DNA of 64,000 nt. It comes from Candidatus Omnitrophota bacterium (GTDB lineage Bacteria; Omnitrophota; Gorgyraeia; Gygaellales; Profunditerraquicolaceae). Under the pieces are notes generated by a model that searched no databases, had not been told where the DNA came from, and saw only the letters and a list, made by a program, of their open reading frames with translations. The position numbers and the translations under genes were made by a program. The DNA is taken from positions 1,230 through 65,229 of the forward strand of contig JAKPTF010000080.1 of the NCBI GenBank assembly GCA_029571225.1, read 5' to 3'. Positions 9,115 through 18,587 of the stretch are shown piece by piece (the first letter of the stretch is position 1; each line of letters starts with the position of its first letter).

Positions 9115-10251
9115 TCAGTTATATTCAGCGTTGATCTTGATATATTCAGGGGTCAGGTCGGATGTGTACACCGTACACGCGGCGTCCCCCCGCGATAAGC
9201 TGATATTTATGACGACGTCTTTCCTGTCCAGAGGCCCCATATGCACGCGCAATCCCTTTTCGCTGACGTCTATGCCGCTTGCGCCGACCGCACATGCGAT
9301 CCTGCCGAAGTTCGGGTTCTGGCCGTACACCGCGGTCTTAAATAAAGGCGAATTGGCAACGGCAAGCGCAGCCGTCCTGGCCTCGTCGAATGTGCGGGCC
9401 TTTTTCACGTGAATCGTGATGAACTTCGTCGCTCCCTCCCCGTCCCGAGCGAGCATCTTCGCCAGAGAAAGGCACACTGCCTTAAGCGCTCTTGCGAACA
9501 CTGCCGCATCGCCTCCGGAGCGGATCTTCTTGTTCCCTGCCCGGCCGTTCGCAAGCACGGCGACCGAGTCGTTAGTCGACATGCAGCCGTCAACGGTGAC
9601 GCAATTGAATGTCTCCCTGACCGCTTCTTTCAGGCTCCTGTCAAGACATCCCTGGGTGATATACGCGTCGGTCATGATGAACGCGAGCATCGTTGCCATG
9701 TTCGGCCCGATCATTCCTGAACCCTTTGCGATGCCGCATATGGTCACGCGCCTTCCTCCAATCACGCACTGCGCGCTGGCAGCCTTGGAAAAGGTATCCG
9801 TCGTCATAATGGCCTTCTTCGCCGCATCGATGCCGCGCAAGGACAATCCTGCGCATAGACGCGGAAGGGCCGAGACGATCTTACCAGCGTCAAGCCGTTT
9901 TCCGATGATTCCCGTTGAAAAAACAAGCACTGAGATGGGTTTTACCCCAAGTAGAGATGCGGTTGAAGCCGCAGTCCTGCGGGCGTCAGCAATGCCTGCC
10001 GTGCCGGTGAAGCAATTCGCATTGCCGCTGTTGGCTATGATCGCATGAAAAACCTTGTTCTTCTTGAGGTGTTCCCTGCACAAGGTAACTGGCGCAGCTA
10101 CGATCTTGTTGGTAGTGAACATGCAGCTGGCAAGAGCCGCACTGCTGGAATGGATAAGGGCCAGATCGGGTTTCCCCGATTTTTTCAGGCCGCAGGCGAC
10201 CGCGTTGGCCGTAAATCCCTTCGGCAAGATAGCGTCTGGTATGACGTCCAT
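9115..10251 (-). CDS. argJ: bifunctional glutamate N-acetyltransferase / amino-acid acetyltransferase
   Basis: 378 aa; autoproteolysis site 'MATMLAFIMTDA'; N-terminal 'KGFTANAVACGLKK'. Confidence 0.95.
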   Translation of the reverse strand: MDVIPDAILPKGFTANAVACGLKKSGKPDLALIHSSSAALASCMFTTNKIVAAPVTLCREHLKKNKVFHAIIANSGNANCFTGTAGIADARRTAASTASLLGVKPISVLVFSTGIIGKRLDAGKIVSALPRLCAGLSLRGIDAAKKAIMTTDTFSKAASAQCVIGGRRVTICGIAKGSGMIGPNMATMLAFIMTDAYITQGCLDRSLKEAVRETFNCVTVDGCMSTNDSVAVLANGRAGNKKIRSGGDAAVFARALKAVCLSLAKMLARDGEGATKFITIHVKKARTFDEARTAALAVANSPLFKTAVYGQNPNFGRIACAVGASGIDVSEKGLRVHMGPLDRKDVVINISLSRGDAACTVYTSDLTPEYIKINAEYN

Positions 10252-11277
10252 TTACACAAGCCCCATGGTTTCAGGGAACAGGTACCGTATGTTCATATTC
10301 TGCACTGCCTGGCCCGAAGCTCCTTTGAGCAGGTTGTCGATCGCCGATATGATTATGACAGAACCCCTATCCGCCTGCACGCCGATGTCGCAGAAATTCG
10401 TCCCCGAGACATCCTTGAGCGACGGGAATTCGCCGTTCCGGCGTATGCGAACGAAAGGCTCATGCTTGTAAAACTTCCGGTACAGGTCCAGGATGCGTTC
10501 CGTGTCAAAGGCCACTTTTTTATTCAACCGCACATATATGGTCTCGAGTATCCCGCGTTTTAGCGGCAACAGATGAGGCACAAAACAAACCGGGACCTTT
10601 CTCCCTGCGAGCTTTGAAAGCTCCTGCACGATTTCGGGCATGTGCTGATGTGCATTCACCTTATATGCCTTAAAATCCTCATCGACCTCGCTGAAAAGAG
10701 ATTCAAGCACCGCCTTCTTGCCAGCTCCTGTGGTGCCGGATTTGGCATCGATGATAACCGACGATGTATCGACGGCATCCGTGGCAACAAGCGGGGCGAG
10801 CGCCAGGATCGCCGCAGTGGGGTAACATCCGGGATTCGCGATCAATTGCGCGGTCCCGATCTTCTGACGGTACAATTCAGGAAGGCCGTACACCGCTTTC
10901 TTTATGTTGCCTTTATCCTTATGCGCGGCATGATACGCGGACTTGTAAACGTCAGCGCTGGCCAAACGGTAATCGGCGGAAAGGTCAATGACGGTCTTTT
11001 TTTTCCTGATCAAATAAGGCACTGCATCCATCGCCGTGGTATGCGGCAAAGCCAAGAAAACACAGTCGCAATTATCGGCCAGTTCCTTCAAATCGAGCTT
11101 CCTGAGCATCAGCTCTACCCTGCCAGCGAACCGTGGGAACACGGAACTAAACTGCCGTGGTTCGTCTGCAGTCGAATACAACCCGGCGAGGCGCGCCTGG
11201 GGATGACGCAATAAAATATCGACAAGCTCCTGCCCGGCATACCCGGTCGCACCGACAACGCCTACATTCACGATCAT
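10252..11277 (-). CDS. argC: N-acetyl-gamma-glutamyl-phosphate reductase
   Basis: 341 aa; 'GATGYAG' NAD(P) site and catalytic 'NPGCYPTA'. Confidence 0.95.
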   Translation of the reverse strand: MIVNVGVVGATGYAGQELVDILLRHPQARLAGLYSTADEPRQFSSVFPRFAGRVELMLRKLDLKELADNCDCVFLALPHTTAMDAVPYLIRKKKTVIDLSADYRLASADVYKSAYHAAHKDKGNIKKAVYGLPELYRQKIGTAQLIANPGCYPTAAILALAPLVATDAVDTSSVIIDAKSGTTGAGKKAVLESLFSEVDEDFKAYKVNAHQHMPEIVQELSKLAGRKVPVCFVPHLLPLKRGILETIYVRLNKKVAFDTERILDLYRKFYKHEPFVRIRRNGEFPSLKDVSGTNFCDIGVQADRGSVIIISAIDNLLKGASGQAVQNMNIRYLFPETMGLV

Positions 11278-11307
11278 ATCGTCTCCGTCGTTAAAGTATA
11301 TAAAATT

Positions 11308-11335
11308 ATTATACCCGCAAATCCGGCTATGGCAA
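11308..11335 (-). promoter_or_regulatory. candidate sigma70 promoter of the arg operon (TTGCCA-16-TATAAT)
   Basis: Read on the minus strand; followed by a 30-nt leader with a GGAG Shine-Dalgarno before the argC ATG at 11277. Confidence 0.55.
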
Positions 11336-11381
11336 GTATTTTTCTCGTCGCAGAAAGGCCGCCTTTCCGTCGCCGCAGGGC

Positions 11382-11421
11382 AAAAAAAATCCCGCCTGGT
11401 TGCGTGCGCTCCACAAGCGGG
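11382..11421 (-). terminator. Rho-independent terminator after rpsI
   Basis: Minus strand reads CCCGCTTG-(15 nt)-CAGGCGGG followed by ATTTTTTTTG. Confidence 0.75.
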
Positions 11422-11457
11422 ACCTAGAATACCTGGCTATTTATTTGGATTATTTCA

Positions 11458-11853
11458 TTAACGTTTTGTCCACTGGAAGCGTTTCCTGGCGCCTTTGAGC
11501 CCCGATTTCTTGCGCTCCTTCATCCTCGGGTCGCGGGTCAGAAAATCGTTCTTGCGTAAAAGGTCCTTAAGCTCCGGCTCCGCGGCCAAAAGCGCGCGCG
11601 ATACCGCATGCCTCAACGCCCCGGCCTGCCCGGTTATACCCCCGCCGTTGAGATTGGCAACCACGTCGTATTTCGTAGCAGTATTGGTCAACCGCATAGG
11701 CTGTCTGACCATGATCCGGTCCGTTTCGCGGACAAAATAGGTATCCGCGTCCACGCCGTTAACCGTGATTGCGCCCTGGCCTGGCGTCATGATAACACGC
11801 GCTATCGATTCCTTTCGCCTTCCGACTGCGACAAACCGCGTTACATTATCCAT
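11458..11853 (-). CDS. rpsI: 30S ribosomal protein S9
   Basis: 131 aa; 'GGGITGQAGALRHAVSRAL', C-terminal 'KRFQWTKR'. Confidence 0.97.
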   Translation of the reverse strand: MDNVTRFVAVGRRKESIARVIMTPGQGAITVNGVDADTYFVRETDRIMVRQPMRLTNTATKYDVVANLNGGGITGQAGALRHAVSRALLAAEPELKDLLRKNDFLTRDPRMKERKKSGLKGARKRFQWTKR

Positions 11854-11859
11854 AATAAC

Positions 11860-12291
11860 CTATATCTTTAATGGTACCGGTTTAAGACTTGCGTTTGAAT
11901 GTTTATCGTCCTTATATACCTTCAATCTCATCTTCATCTGATGCGAAAGATCTCCTTTGGCAAGCATGCGTTCCACGGCAAGCTTCATGACGGTCTCGGG
12001 CCGTTTTTCAAGCATCTGCTCCAAAGGCACCTGCTTCAGCCCGCCCGGATAACCGGAATAGCGGCTGTATAATTTCTGTTTGAGCTTTCTGCCCGTGACT
12101 TTGATTTGAGCGGCGTTGATGACGATAACGCCGTCGCCGGTATCGACATGAGGCGTGTAAATAGCCTTATGTTTTCCCCTGAGCACGGAAGCTATCTTTG
12201 AAGCGCAGCGCCCGAGTATCTGGTCTTTCGCATCAACCAGATACCACGTTCGCTTTATCTCAGACGGTTTTGGAAAATAGGTCTTTGGCAT
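11860..12291 (-). CDS. rplM: 50S ribosomal protein L13
   Basis: 143 aa; 'RTWYLVDA...LGR' and 'YSGYPGGLK'. Confidence 0.97.
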   Translation of the reverse strand: MPKTYFPKPSEIKRTWYLVDAKDQILGRCASKIASVLRGKHKAIYTPHVDTGDGVIVINAAQIKVTGRKLKQKLYSRYSGYPGGLKQVPLEQMLEKRPETVMKLAVERMLAKGDLSHQMKMRLKVYKDDKHSNASLKPVPLKI

Positions 12292-12300
12292 AGGAATAAA

Positions 12301-12328
12301 AGTATACCATACAAATAATATCTGTCAA
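12301..12328 (-). promoter_or_regulatory. sigma70 promoter TTGACA-16-TATACT, with the -10 ending 9 nt before the rplM ATG
   Basis: Hexamers read directly on the minus strand; no Shine-Dalgarno in the 9-nt gap. Confidence 0.6.
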
Positions 12329-12369
12329 ATACTTTTTTTGCAGGATAACCCGCGGCTTTCTTCCGTATT

Positions 12370-13119
12370 TTATCGCGCTGCTTCAAGTAACTGGCGGGTA
12401 TATTCCGCTGCGGGCCGTTCGAACAGGTCGTGTGCGGCCGCATGCTCAACCACCCTGCCATGCTTCATGACCAGCACCGTATCCGCGATATGCCTGATGA
12501 CTGAAAGATTATGGCTGATGAAGATGTAGGTCAGCCTGAACTTCTCTTTTAACTCCACGAACAGATCCAGAAGTTTAGCCTGTATGGTCAGGTCCAGCGA
12601 GGATATGGGTTCGTCAAGGACCAGGAGTTTCGGCCCGCACGCCAATGCCCGCGCGATGCATATCCGCTGGCGCTGTCCGCCTGAGAACTGGGATGGGTAT
12701 CTTTCCATCGCGGCATCGTCAAGGCCCACGATCCTGAGCAGTTCTGAAGCTTTCCCTCGCATTTCCCGCCGCGGGCAGACCGAATGTATGATCAGCGGCT
12801 CATACAACGCATCTTTGATGCGCATCTTGGGATCCAGGCTGTTATAGGGGTTCTGGAATATGATCTGCACGTCCTTGCGGAAATCGCTGATGAACGCGTC
12901 ATTGAACCTGATCGTGCCTGAATCGGCAGGGATAAGGCCGAGCAGGACCCTGGCAAGCGTGGTCTTGCCCGAGCCTGATTCTCCGACTATACCCAGGGTC
13001 GTGAACTCCATAAGCCTGAAATTCACCCGGTCCAGAGCAACGGTCCTGGCCGAGGCTGGGCCGAACATCCCTTTTTCAACCGGAAACTTTTTGCTTATAT
13101 CCACCGCTTCCAGGATCAT
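12370..13119 (-). CDS. peptide (Opp/Dpp-type) ABC transporter ATP-binding protein
   Basis: 249 aa; Walker A 'GESGSGKTT', signature 'FSGGQRQR', Walker B 'LLVLDEP'. Confidence 0.9.
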   Translation of the reverse strand: MILEAVDISKKFPVEKGMFGPASARTVALDRVNFRLMEFTTLGIVGESGSGKTTLARVLLGLIPADSGTIRFNDAFISDFRKDVQIIFQNPYNSLDPKMRIKDALYEPLIIHSVCPRREMRGKASELLRIVGLDDAAMERYPSQFSGGQRQRICIARALACGPKLLVLDEPISSLDLTIQAKLLDLFVELKEKFRLTYIFISHNLSVIRHIADTVLVMKHGRVVEHAAAHDLFERPAAEYTRQLLEAAR

Positions 13120-13925
13120 AATTTCCCTATTTTATGATACGCTGCGATCAATTCCCGCGTGTGAAAATGCTTAGGATCTTTAAAAATATCCTCTGTCAGG
13201 CCGTTTTCCACCACCCGGCCCCGGTACATCACGTAGATCCGCTGTGAAATCTTGCGCGCTATCGCCAGGTTATGGGTAATGAACAAAAGAGAAAACCCTA
13301 CCTTTTCTTTCAATTCAGTCAGAAGTTTCAGTATTTCCGCTTCGATGGTCACATCCAGCGAAGTCGTCGGCTCATCGGCAATAAGCAAAGACGGCTTGCA
13401 CGCAAGGGCCATGGCGATGAATGCCCGCTGGTTCATGCCGCCGGAAAGCTGATGAGGAAAGCTGTTGAACACCCGGTCAGCTTCTGCGATCCTGACCTGC
13501 CGCAGCAGTTCGCGGCCCTGATCCTGAGCCTCCTGCCTGCCCAGCCTCTGGTGCCAAATTACCGCCTCGACGATCTGTTCGCCGATGGTTAATACAGGGT
13601 TAAGAAAACTCGCCGGCTCCTGGAATATATACGCTATGACGCCGCCACGTATCGAATAAAGCTTCTTCTCTTCAAGGGCGAGCATATCCCTCCCTTCCAG
13701 AAGCACCTGGCCCGCAACAATGCGCGCAGGCGCTGGAAGAATCCTGGTCAAAGCGAGGGTGGTTATTGTCTTGCCTGAACCTGATTCTCCTGCCAGCACG
13801 ACAGTCTCGTTCCGCCTGACCTGCAGATCCACGCCTTCCACCGCATGGACGATCCTGTTTTCCAGATGAAAATCGACTTTAAGGCCTTTTACTTCAAGCA
13901 ATGGGGACATATGTTCATTATCCAA
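13116..13925 (-). CDS. peptide (Opp/Dpp-type) ABC transporter ATP-binding protein
   Basis: 269 aa; 'GESGSGKT', 'LSGGMNQR', 'LLIADEPT'; 4-nt overlap with the next gene. Confidence 0.9.
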   Translation of the reverse strand: MDNEHMSPLLEVKGLKVDFHLENRIVHAVEGVDLQVRRNETVVLAGESGSGKTITTLALTRILPAPARIVAGQVLLEGRDMLALEEKKLYSIRGGVIAYIFQEPASFLNPVLTIGEQIVEAVIWHQRLGRQEAQDQGRELLRQVRIAEADRVFNSFPHQLSGGMNQRAFIAMALACKPSLLIADEPTTSLDVTIEAEILKLLTELKEKVGFSLLFITHNLAIARKISQRIYVMYRGRVVENGLTEDIFKDPKHFHTRELIAAYHKIGKL

Positions 13926-14712
13926 TGATCTTCTTAAGCCCTTCCGCGATAAAATTGAATCCGAGTATCGTGATCAATATTGCCAATCCCGGGAATACCG
14001 TGATCCACCAGGCTATACCCAGGGTGGATTTTGATTCGATAAGAATATTGCCCCAGCTTGGGACCGGCGGCTGGACCCCAAGCCCAAGGAAACTCAAACT
14101 GGATTCAAGAAGAATCGCACCGGCAATACCCAGCGTCGCATTTACAAGGACCGGTCCGACCGCGTTGGGGACAAGATGCCTGATGATGATCCGCGCGTCC
14201 GACGCGCCGAGCGCGCGCTCCGCCTGAATGAACTCTCGCTCCTTCAAAGACAATATCTCTCCCCGGATAAGTCGCGCAGGCCCCATCCAGCTTGTCAGCC
14301 CTATGACGATCATGATGTTATAGATCGAGGGTTCGACAACGGCTATGACTGCCAGGATCAAAAAGAACGTAGGGAAACACAGCATGATATCGGCAAAACG
14401 CATGATTAGTGCATCTGCAATGCGGCCGTAAAAACCCGCGCAGGAACCGAGGATCAATCCAAGAAGAATCGATATACCCACGGCTATAATCCCCACTGAT
14501 AGCGATATCCGAGCTCCATAAATCATCCTGCTCAACAAATCCCTGCCCAGGCCGTCAGTACCAAGGGGGTGCCTTGCGCAAGGCGCCATGAGCAGCCCCT
14601 GGCTGTCTATGGAAGAAGGGTCAAACGGGCTGATCAACGGAGCAAACAAAGCGGTTGCGCTCAACATCAATATAATCGCCAGCCCCCAGAAAAGATACGG
14701 ATTGTCCTTCAT
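13918..14712 (-). CDS. peptide ABC transporter permease (OppC/DppC-like)
   Basis: 264 aa, multi-pass membrane protein; EAA-loop-like 'ERALGASDARIIIRHLVPN'. Confidence 0.9.
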   Translation of the reverse strand: MKDNPYLFWGLAIILMLSATALFAPLISPFDPSSIDSQGLLMAPCARHPLGTDGLGRDLLSRMIYGARISLSVGIIAVGISILLGLILGSCAGFYGRIADALIMRFADIMLCFPTFFLILAVIAVVEPSIYNIMIVIGLTSWMGPARLIRGEILSLKEREFIQAERALGASDARIIIRHLVPNAVGPVLVNATLGIAGAILLESSLSFLGLGVQPPVPSWGNILIESKSTLGIAWWITVFPGLAILITILGFNFIAEGLKKIIG

Positions 14713-15684
14713 CTATTTATACCTTATACGCGGGTCAACACACGCGTAACTGATGTCAGCTATGAGATTCCCTGCGACAGTCAGGAGAGCGCCCAGGACA
14801 ACTTCAGCCATGATCAAAGGTATATCCCTGGCCATCACTGCCTGAAAAAACAGCTGCCCCAATCCGGGCAACGCGAAGATCGATTCGAATATGACGCTCC
14901 CGCCCAGAAGGCCCGGTATCGATAGGCCTGCCAGTGTCACGATCGGCAAAAGAGCGTTGCGCAGCGCGTGTTTATACAGCACCGTTCTTTGCGGCAGCCC
15001 CTTGGCCAGGGCAGTATAGATGTAGGGCTGCTGCAATGCCTCCAGGATGCTCGAACGCATATATCTGGATATCACCGCCAGCCCAGCGACTGAGGAAACG
15101 AACACCGGCAGTATCAGGTGCCAGGCAACGTCAAGGAACCTGCGTACTGGCGGGAAATAGTCGAAATCGAGCGAATGCAGACCCGAAATCGGCAGCCATC
15201 CGAGATGGATACAGAAAAGTTGCATCAACAAAAGCGCCAGCCAGAACGCGGGCACGGAAAGCATAACAAAAGAAAACACAGCCGTTGCCGTGTCAAACGC
15301 GCCGCCTTCTTTTGTCGCAGCGCGGATCCCAACGGGGATAGCAACAAGGAACACCACAAGCAAGGACAAGGCGTTTATCCCTACGGTAACCGGGACACGC
15401 TCTAATATCTTGGCGGCAACAGGGCGGTTATCCACGAACGAACGGCCCAGGTCCAGGCGCGCCAAATCCTTGAGCCAGAGAAAATAGCGGACATGCACTG
15501 GCTTATCGAGGTTAAAAGCCCTGTTCAGCCGCATCTGGTATTGGGCAGAAACTTTCGGGTTCATCGCCTGGTCAAGGGATGAAAATCTGCCCGGCGCCAG
15601 GCTGATAACCGCAAAGCTGACGATCGACACGCCGAATAGGACAGGGATCATTCCCAGAAACCTTTTTATTATGTAGTTCAGCAT
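14713..15684 (-). CDS. peptide ABC transporter permease (OppB/DppB-like)
   Basis: 323 aa; starts 'MLNYIIKRFLGMIP'; 'ALAKGLPQRTVLYKHALRNA'. Confidence 0.9.
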   Translation of the reverse strand: MLNYIIKRFLGMIPVLFGVSIVSFAVISLAPGRFSSLDQAMNPKVSAQYQMRLNRAFNLDKPVHVRYFLWLKDLARLDLGRSFVDNRPVAAKILERVPVTVGINALSLLVVFLVAIPVGIRAATKEGGAFDTATAVFSFVMLSVPAFWLALLLMQLFCIHLGWLPISGLHSLDFDYFPPVRRFLDVAWHLILPVFVSSVAGLAVISRYMRSSILEALQQPYIYTALAKGLPQRTVLYKHALRNALLPIVTLAGLSIPGLLGGSVIFESIFALPGLGQLFFQAVMARDIPLIMAEVVLGALLTVAGNLIADISYACVDPRIRYK

Positions 15685-15718
15685 ACTCTATGCCCGATTT
15701 CGTTCTCAGGGCCGTTTG

Positions 15719-17329
15719 CTACTGCAGGATCGTGTATTTCTGCTGCTGCCGCGGCACCCACCATTCGATGAAATTGTACCCTATGCCCGCAGCTTCGGGC
15801 TTCACCTCCTGAAAGCGGTTATGCAAAACCGAAAGGCTCTCCGAAGTAAAAAGGAACATATAAGGCTGATCGTCGTAGATGAGCCGGTGTATCCTGCGGT
15901 ATATCCTCTGCCGCTCACCCTGGTCAAAGACGCGCCTGCCTTCAACCAGCAATCTGTCAACTTCATCGTTTTTGTAGCCTATGAAGTTAAACTCTCCCTG
16001 CCTGGTCCTGCCTGAATGCCATATATCGTAGATATCGGGTTCACGCGGAACCGACCAGCCCAGGAGTATGGCCTCGAAGTCCCTCCGGTCTATGTATTCA
16101 GACAGAAAGACGCTCCACTCCACAACCTTGATCTTCATCCTGATACCTATGTCCTTTAGCCTGCGCTGAATGATCTGTGCGGTCTTCTGGCGCTGTTCAT
16201 TGCCCTGGTTTGTGACAAGGGTGAATTCAAAGGCCCGGCCGTCCTTCTCGATCCATCCGTCGTTATTGACGTCCTTCCATCCAGCTTCTGCAAGAAGCGC
16301 GCGCGAACGCCCCGGGTCAAAACCGGCGGCTTCGACATCATGGTTATATGCCCAGGATTGAGATACGAACGGGCCTGTCGAGACCTGGCCGAATCCCAGA
16401 AGCACGACATCGATAATTTCTTTCTTATCCACGGCAAGGTTCAGCGCCTGCCGTACTCTCTTATCGGCAAATCTCGGATCTTTAAGGTTATACCCCATAT
16501 ACGTGTAATTGAATCCCGGAAGCCTGAACTTTCGATAGTATTTCTTGAAGAAGGCCGTGTCTGTCTGGCGGCTGAATTGCAATGGCGTCAGGCCCGCAGA
16601 ATCAAGCCCCTGCGTCTGCAGCTCCAGGAAAATGGTCGATTCGTCAGGAATGACCCGGGTGATGGCGCGGTCTATATACGGCCTGTGCTCGAAATAATCG
16701 CGATTGGAAGCAAGCTCGATCTTTTCCTGGACCTTCCACTTCTTCAGGACATACGGCCCTGTGCCCACAGGCCTGCGCGAAAATTCGGTGGTGTTGAGGT
16801 CTTTTCCGTCCAGCAGGTGTTTGGGCACTATGGACATGCCCCAGCTCGCAAGCCCCGGAGCAAACGGCTCCTTATAGGTGACTCTGACCGTATGGTCATC
16901 AACGGCTTCAAGCGATTTAACGCGCTCAAAATCTCCGGCGTAGGGAGTGCGCACATCAGGATCGATCATTTTCTTATAGGTGAATTCGACGTCCTGCGCG
17001 GTAAACGGCTGGCCGTCCTGCCATCTGACTCCTTTACGCAGATGAAAGACGATTACCAGCCCGCCCTCCCGTATTTCCCAGGATTCAGCAAGGTCACCGC
17101 AAAGGTTTAAATCCTTATCATATTTCACCAGTCCGTTAAATATCATCCCGCTGATCTCCGCCGATGCCGAATCAGAAGCAAGCATGGGTATGAGATTGCG
17201 CGCGTCGGCGACCGAGGCGCTCACGATCGCGTCGCCGTAATCCTTAGCGCCTGCTTGGGCGGCTGTTAAAAACAAAAAGACTACCAGCAAAGCCGGTAGT
17301 CTTTTCAATGATCTTTGGCTTACGTTCAT
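15719..17329 (-). CDS. peptide ABC transporter substrate-binding protein (family 5)
   Basis: 536 aa with a signal peptide; size and operon context match OppA/DppA. Confidence 0.88.
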   Translation of the reverse strand: MNVSQRSLKRLPALLVVFLFLTAAQAGAKDYGDAIVSASVADARNLIPMLASDSASAEISGMIFNGLVKYDKDLNLCGDLAESWEIREGGLVIVFHLRKGVRWQDGQPFTAQDVEFTYKKMIDPDVRTPYAGDFERVKSLEAVDDHTVRVTYKEPFAPGLASWGMSIVPKHLLDGKDLNTTEFSRRPVGTGPYVLKKWKVQEKIELASNRDYFEHRPYIDRAITRVIPDESTIFLELQTQGLDSAGLTPLQFSRQTDTAFFKKYYRKFRLPGFNYTYMGYNLKDPRFADKRVRQALNLAVDKKEIIDVVLLGFGQVSTGPFVSQSWAYNHDVEAAGFDPGRSRALLAEAGWKDVNNDGWIEKDGRAFEFTLVTNQGNEQRQKTAQIIQRRLKDIGIRMKIKVVEWSVFLSEYIDRRDFEAILLGWSVPREPDIYDIWHSGRTRQGEFNFIGYKNDEVDRLLVEGRRVFDQGERQRIYRRIHRLIYDDQPYMFLFTSESLSVLHNRFQEVKPEAAGIGYNFIEWWVPRQQQKYTILQ

Positions 17330-17357
17330 CCGTGGTTTTAAACCCGTTGCCGTTCTC

Positions 17358-17795
17358 TTAGTTGAGATCTCCCTGACGGGGCTGCGGAGCGCCCCTGGTC
17401 TTAAGCGCCGGTTGATCTGCCGGTTGCGCAGGGGCCTGCACTGCAGAGGGCTGCTGCGTCACAACAGGTTTTGGTGTAGCTGCCGGCTGCGATGGCACTG
17501 CCTCAACAGGCGCCGTTGAGCCTGACTGCTGGCCTGATGCGGCAGGCCTGTACCCTTCGAGCAGAGATTTGCTCTTGTGCACTGACATGACCGCAAGCGA
17601 CAGGCAGGTAAGGAAAAACACGACAGCGCTGACTGTGGTCGCCTTGGTCAAAAAAACGCTGGTTTTGGTTCCGAACATGGATTCAAGGCCTGAAAGATTC
17701 TCGACAAACCCTCCGCCGCGGCCGCGCTGGACCAGAACAATCGCAATCAATAAAACACATGCAATGACATGAACCGTAATAACCAAAGCCATCAT
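17358..17795 (-). CDS. secG: preprotein translocase subunit SecG with a long Pro/Ala/Gln-rich C-terminal tail
   Basis: N-terminal ~75 aa has two TM helices and 'LVQRGRGGG'; conserved tpiA-secG synteny. Confidence 0.8.
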   Translation of the reverse strand: MMALVITVHVIACVLLIAIVLVQRGRGGGFVENLSGLESMFGTKTSVFLTKATTVSAVVFFLTCLSLAVMSVHKSKSLLEGYRPAASGQQSGSTAPVEAVPSQPAATPKPVVTQQPSAVQAPAQPADQPALKTRGAPQPRQGDLN

Positions 17796-17805
17796 ATATC
17801 CACCT

Positions 17806-18579
17806 TCATTTCTTTACCTTAGCCGCTGTCATAACGATCCGGGCAAAGGAATCAACCTTGAGGCTAGCTCCTCCGACCAGAGCACCGTCCACATCGGGTT
17901 GACGCATTAACTCCTCTATATTCTCCGGCTTCACCGAGCCGCCATATTGGATCCTGATCCTTGACGCGACATCATCGCTATACAGCTTCGCAAGTATTCC
18001 TCGGATATACTGATGCGCTTCCTGCGCCTGAGCTGGGGTCGCGGTTTTACCCGTACCGATCGCCCACACCGGTTCATAAGCTATCACAATCTTCTCCGCT
18101 TCTTCCGCGCTGAAACCTTTTAAACCGTTTATCACATGGTCATCTAATACCTTGAAGGTTTTGCCTGCCTCGCGCTCCGCGAGCATCTCTCCCACGCACA
18201 TGATCGGCGTCAGGCCATGCGACAAAACGGCCTTGATCTTCTTATTAACGGTTTCGTTGGTTTCGGAAAAAAATTGCCTGCGCTCGGAATGGCCGATAAT
18301 CACGTATGTGCAGCCGGCATCCTTGAGCATCTTGGCGGAAACTTCACCGGTGAACGCGCCTTCGTCCTGCCAGTACGCGTCCTGCGCTCCCAGAGCTATG
18401 TTGGAATTCGCCACGACCTCCGCTACTTCGCTCAATGCGGTAAATACGGGGCAAATAACAATGTCCACATCACCCGCATTGATTTTGAACAGCTCCCGCT
18501 TCAAGCCATTGGCAAGTTCGATGGCTTCGGTGATCGTCTTGTAAAGTTTCCAGTTCCCCGCGATGATGGTCTTACGCAC
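17806..18579 (-). CDS. tpiA: triosephosphate isomerase
   Basis: 257 aa; 'AGNWK', 'IGHSERR', 'AYEPVWAIGTG'. Confidence 0.97.
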   Translation of the reverse strand: MRKTIIAGNWKLYKTITEAIELANGLKRELFKINAGDVDIVICPVFTALSEVAEVVANSNIALGAQDAYWQDEGAFTGEVSAKMLKDAGCTYVIIGHSERRQFFSETNETVNKKIKAVLSHGLTPIMCVGEMLAEREAGKTFKVLDDHVINGLKGFSAEEAEKIVIAYEPVWAIGTGKTATPAQAQEAHQYIRGILAKLYSDDVASRIRIQYGGSVKPENIEELMRQPDVDGALVGGASLKVDSFARIVMTAAKVKK

Positions 18580-18587
18580 GTATTCTC

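Noticed and set aside
8309-9412. 367-aa plus-strand ORF opposite argB/argJ. Similar long antisense ORFs occur at 1017-1943, 4973-5953, 51619-52836, 43727-44581 and 31079-31720.
   Set aside because: Each lies fully antisense to a gene with unambiguous catalytic motifs. The translations are Arg/Ala/Pro-rich low-complexity sequence with no recognisable domains. These are typical shadow ORFs.
11278-11335. ARG box (ArgR/AhrC operator) at the arg promoter and in the 8154-8235 spacer
   Set aside because: I could recognise no TNTGAAT-WWWW-ATTCANW-like 18-bp palindrome by eye. The AT-rich sequence alone is not evidence.
12255-12461. 68-aa minus-strand ORF bridging the oppF 3' end and the rplM 5' end
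   Set aside because: It overlaps two well-supported genes and the rplM promoter, and has no recognisable motifs.
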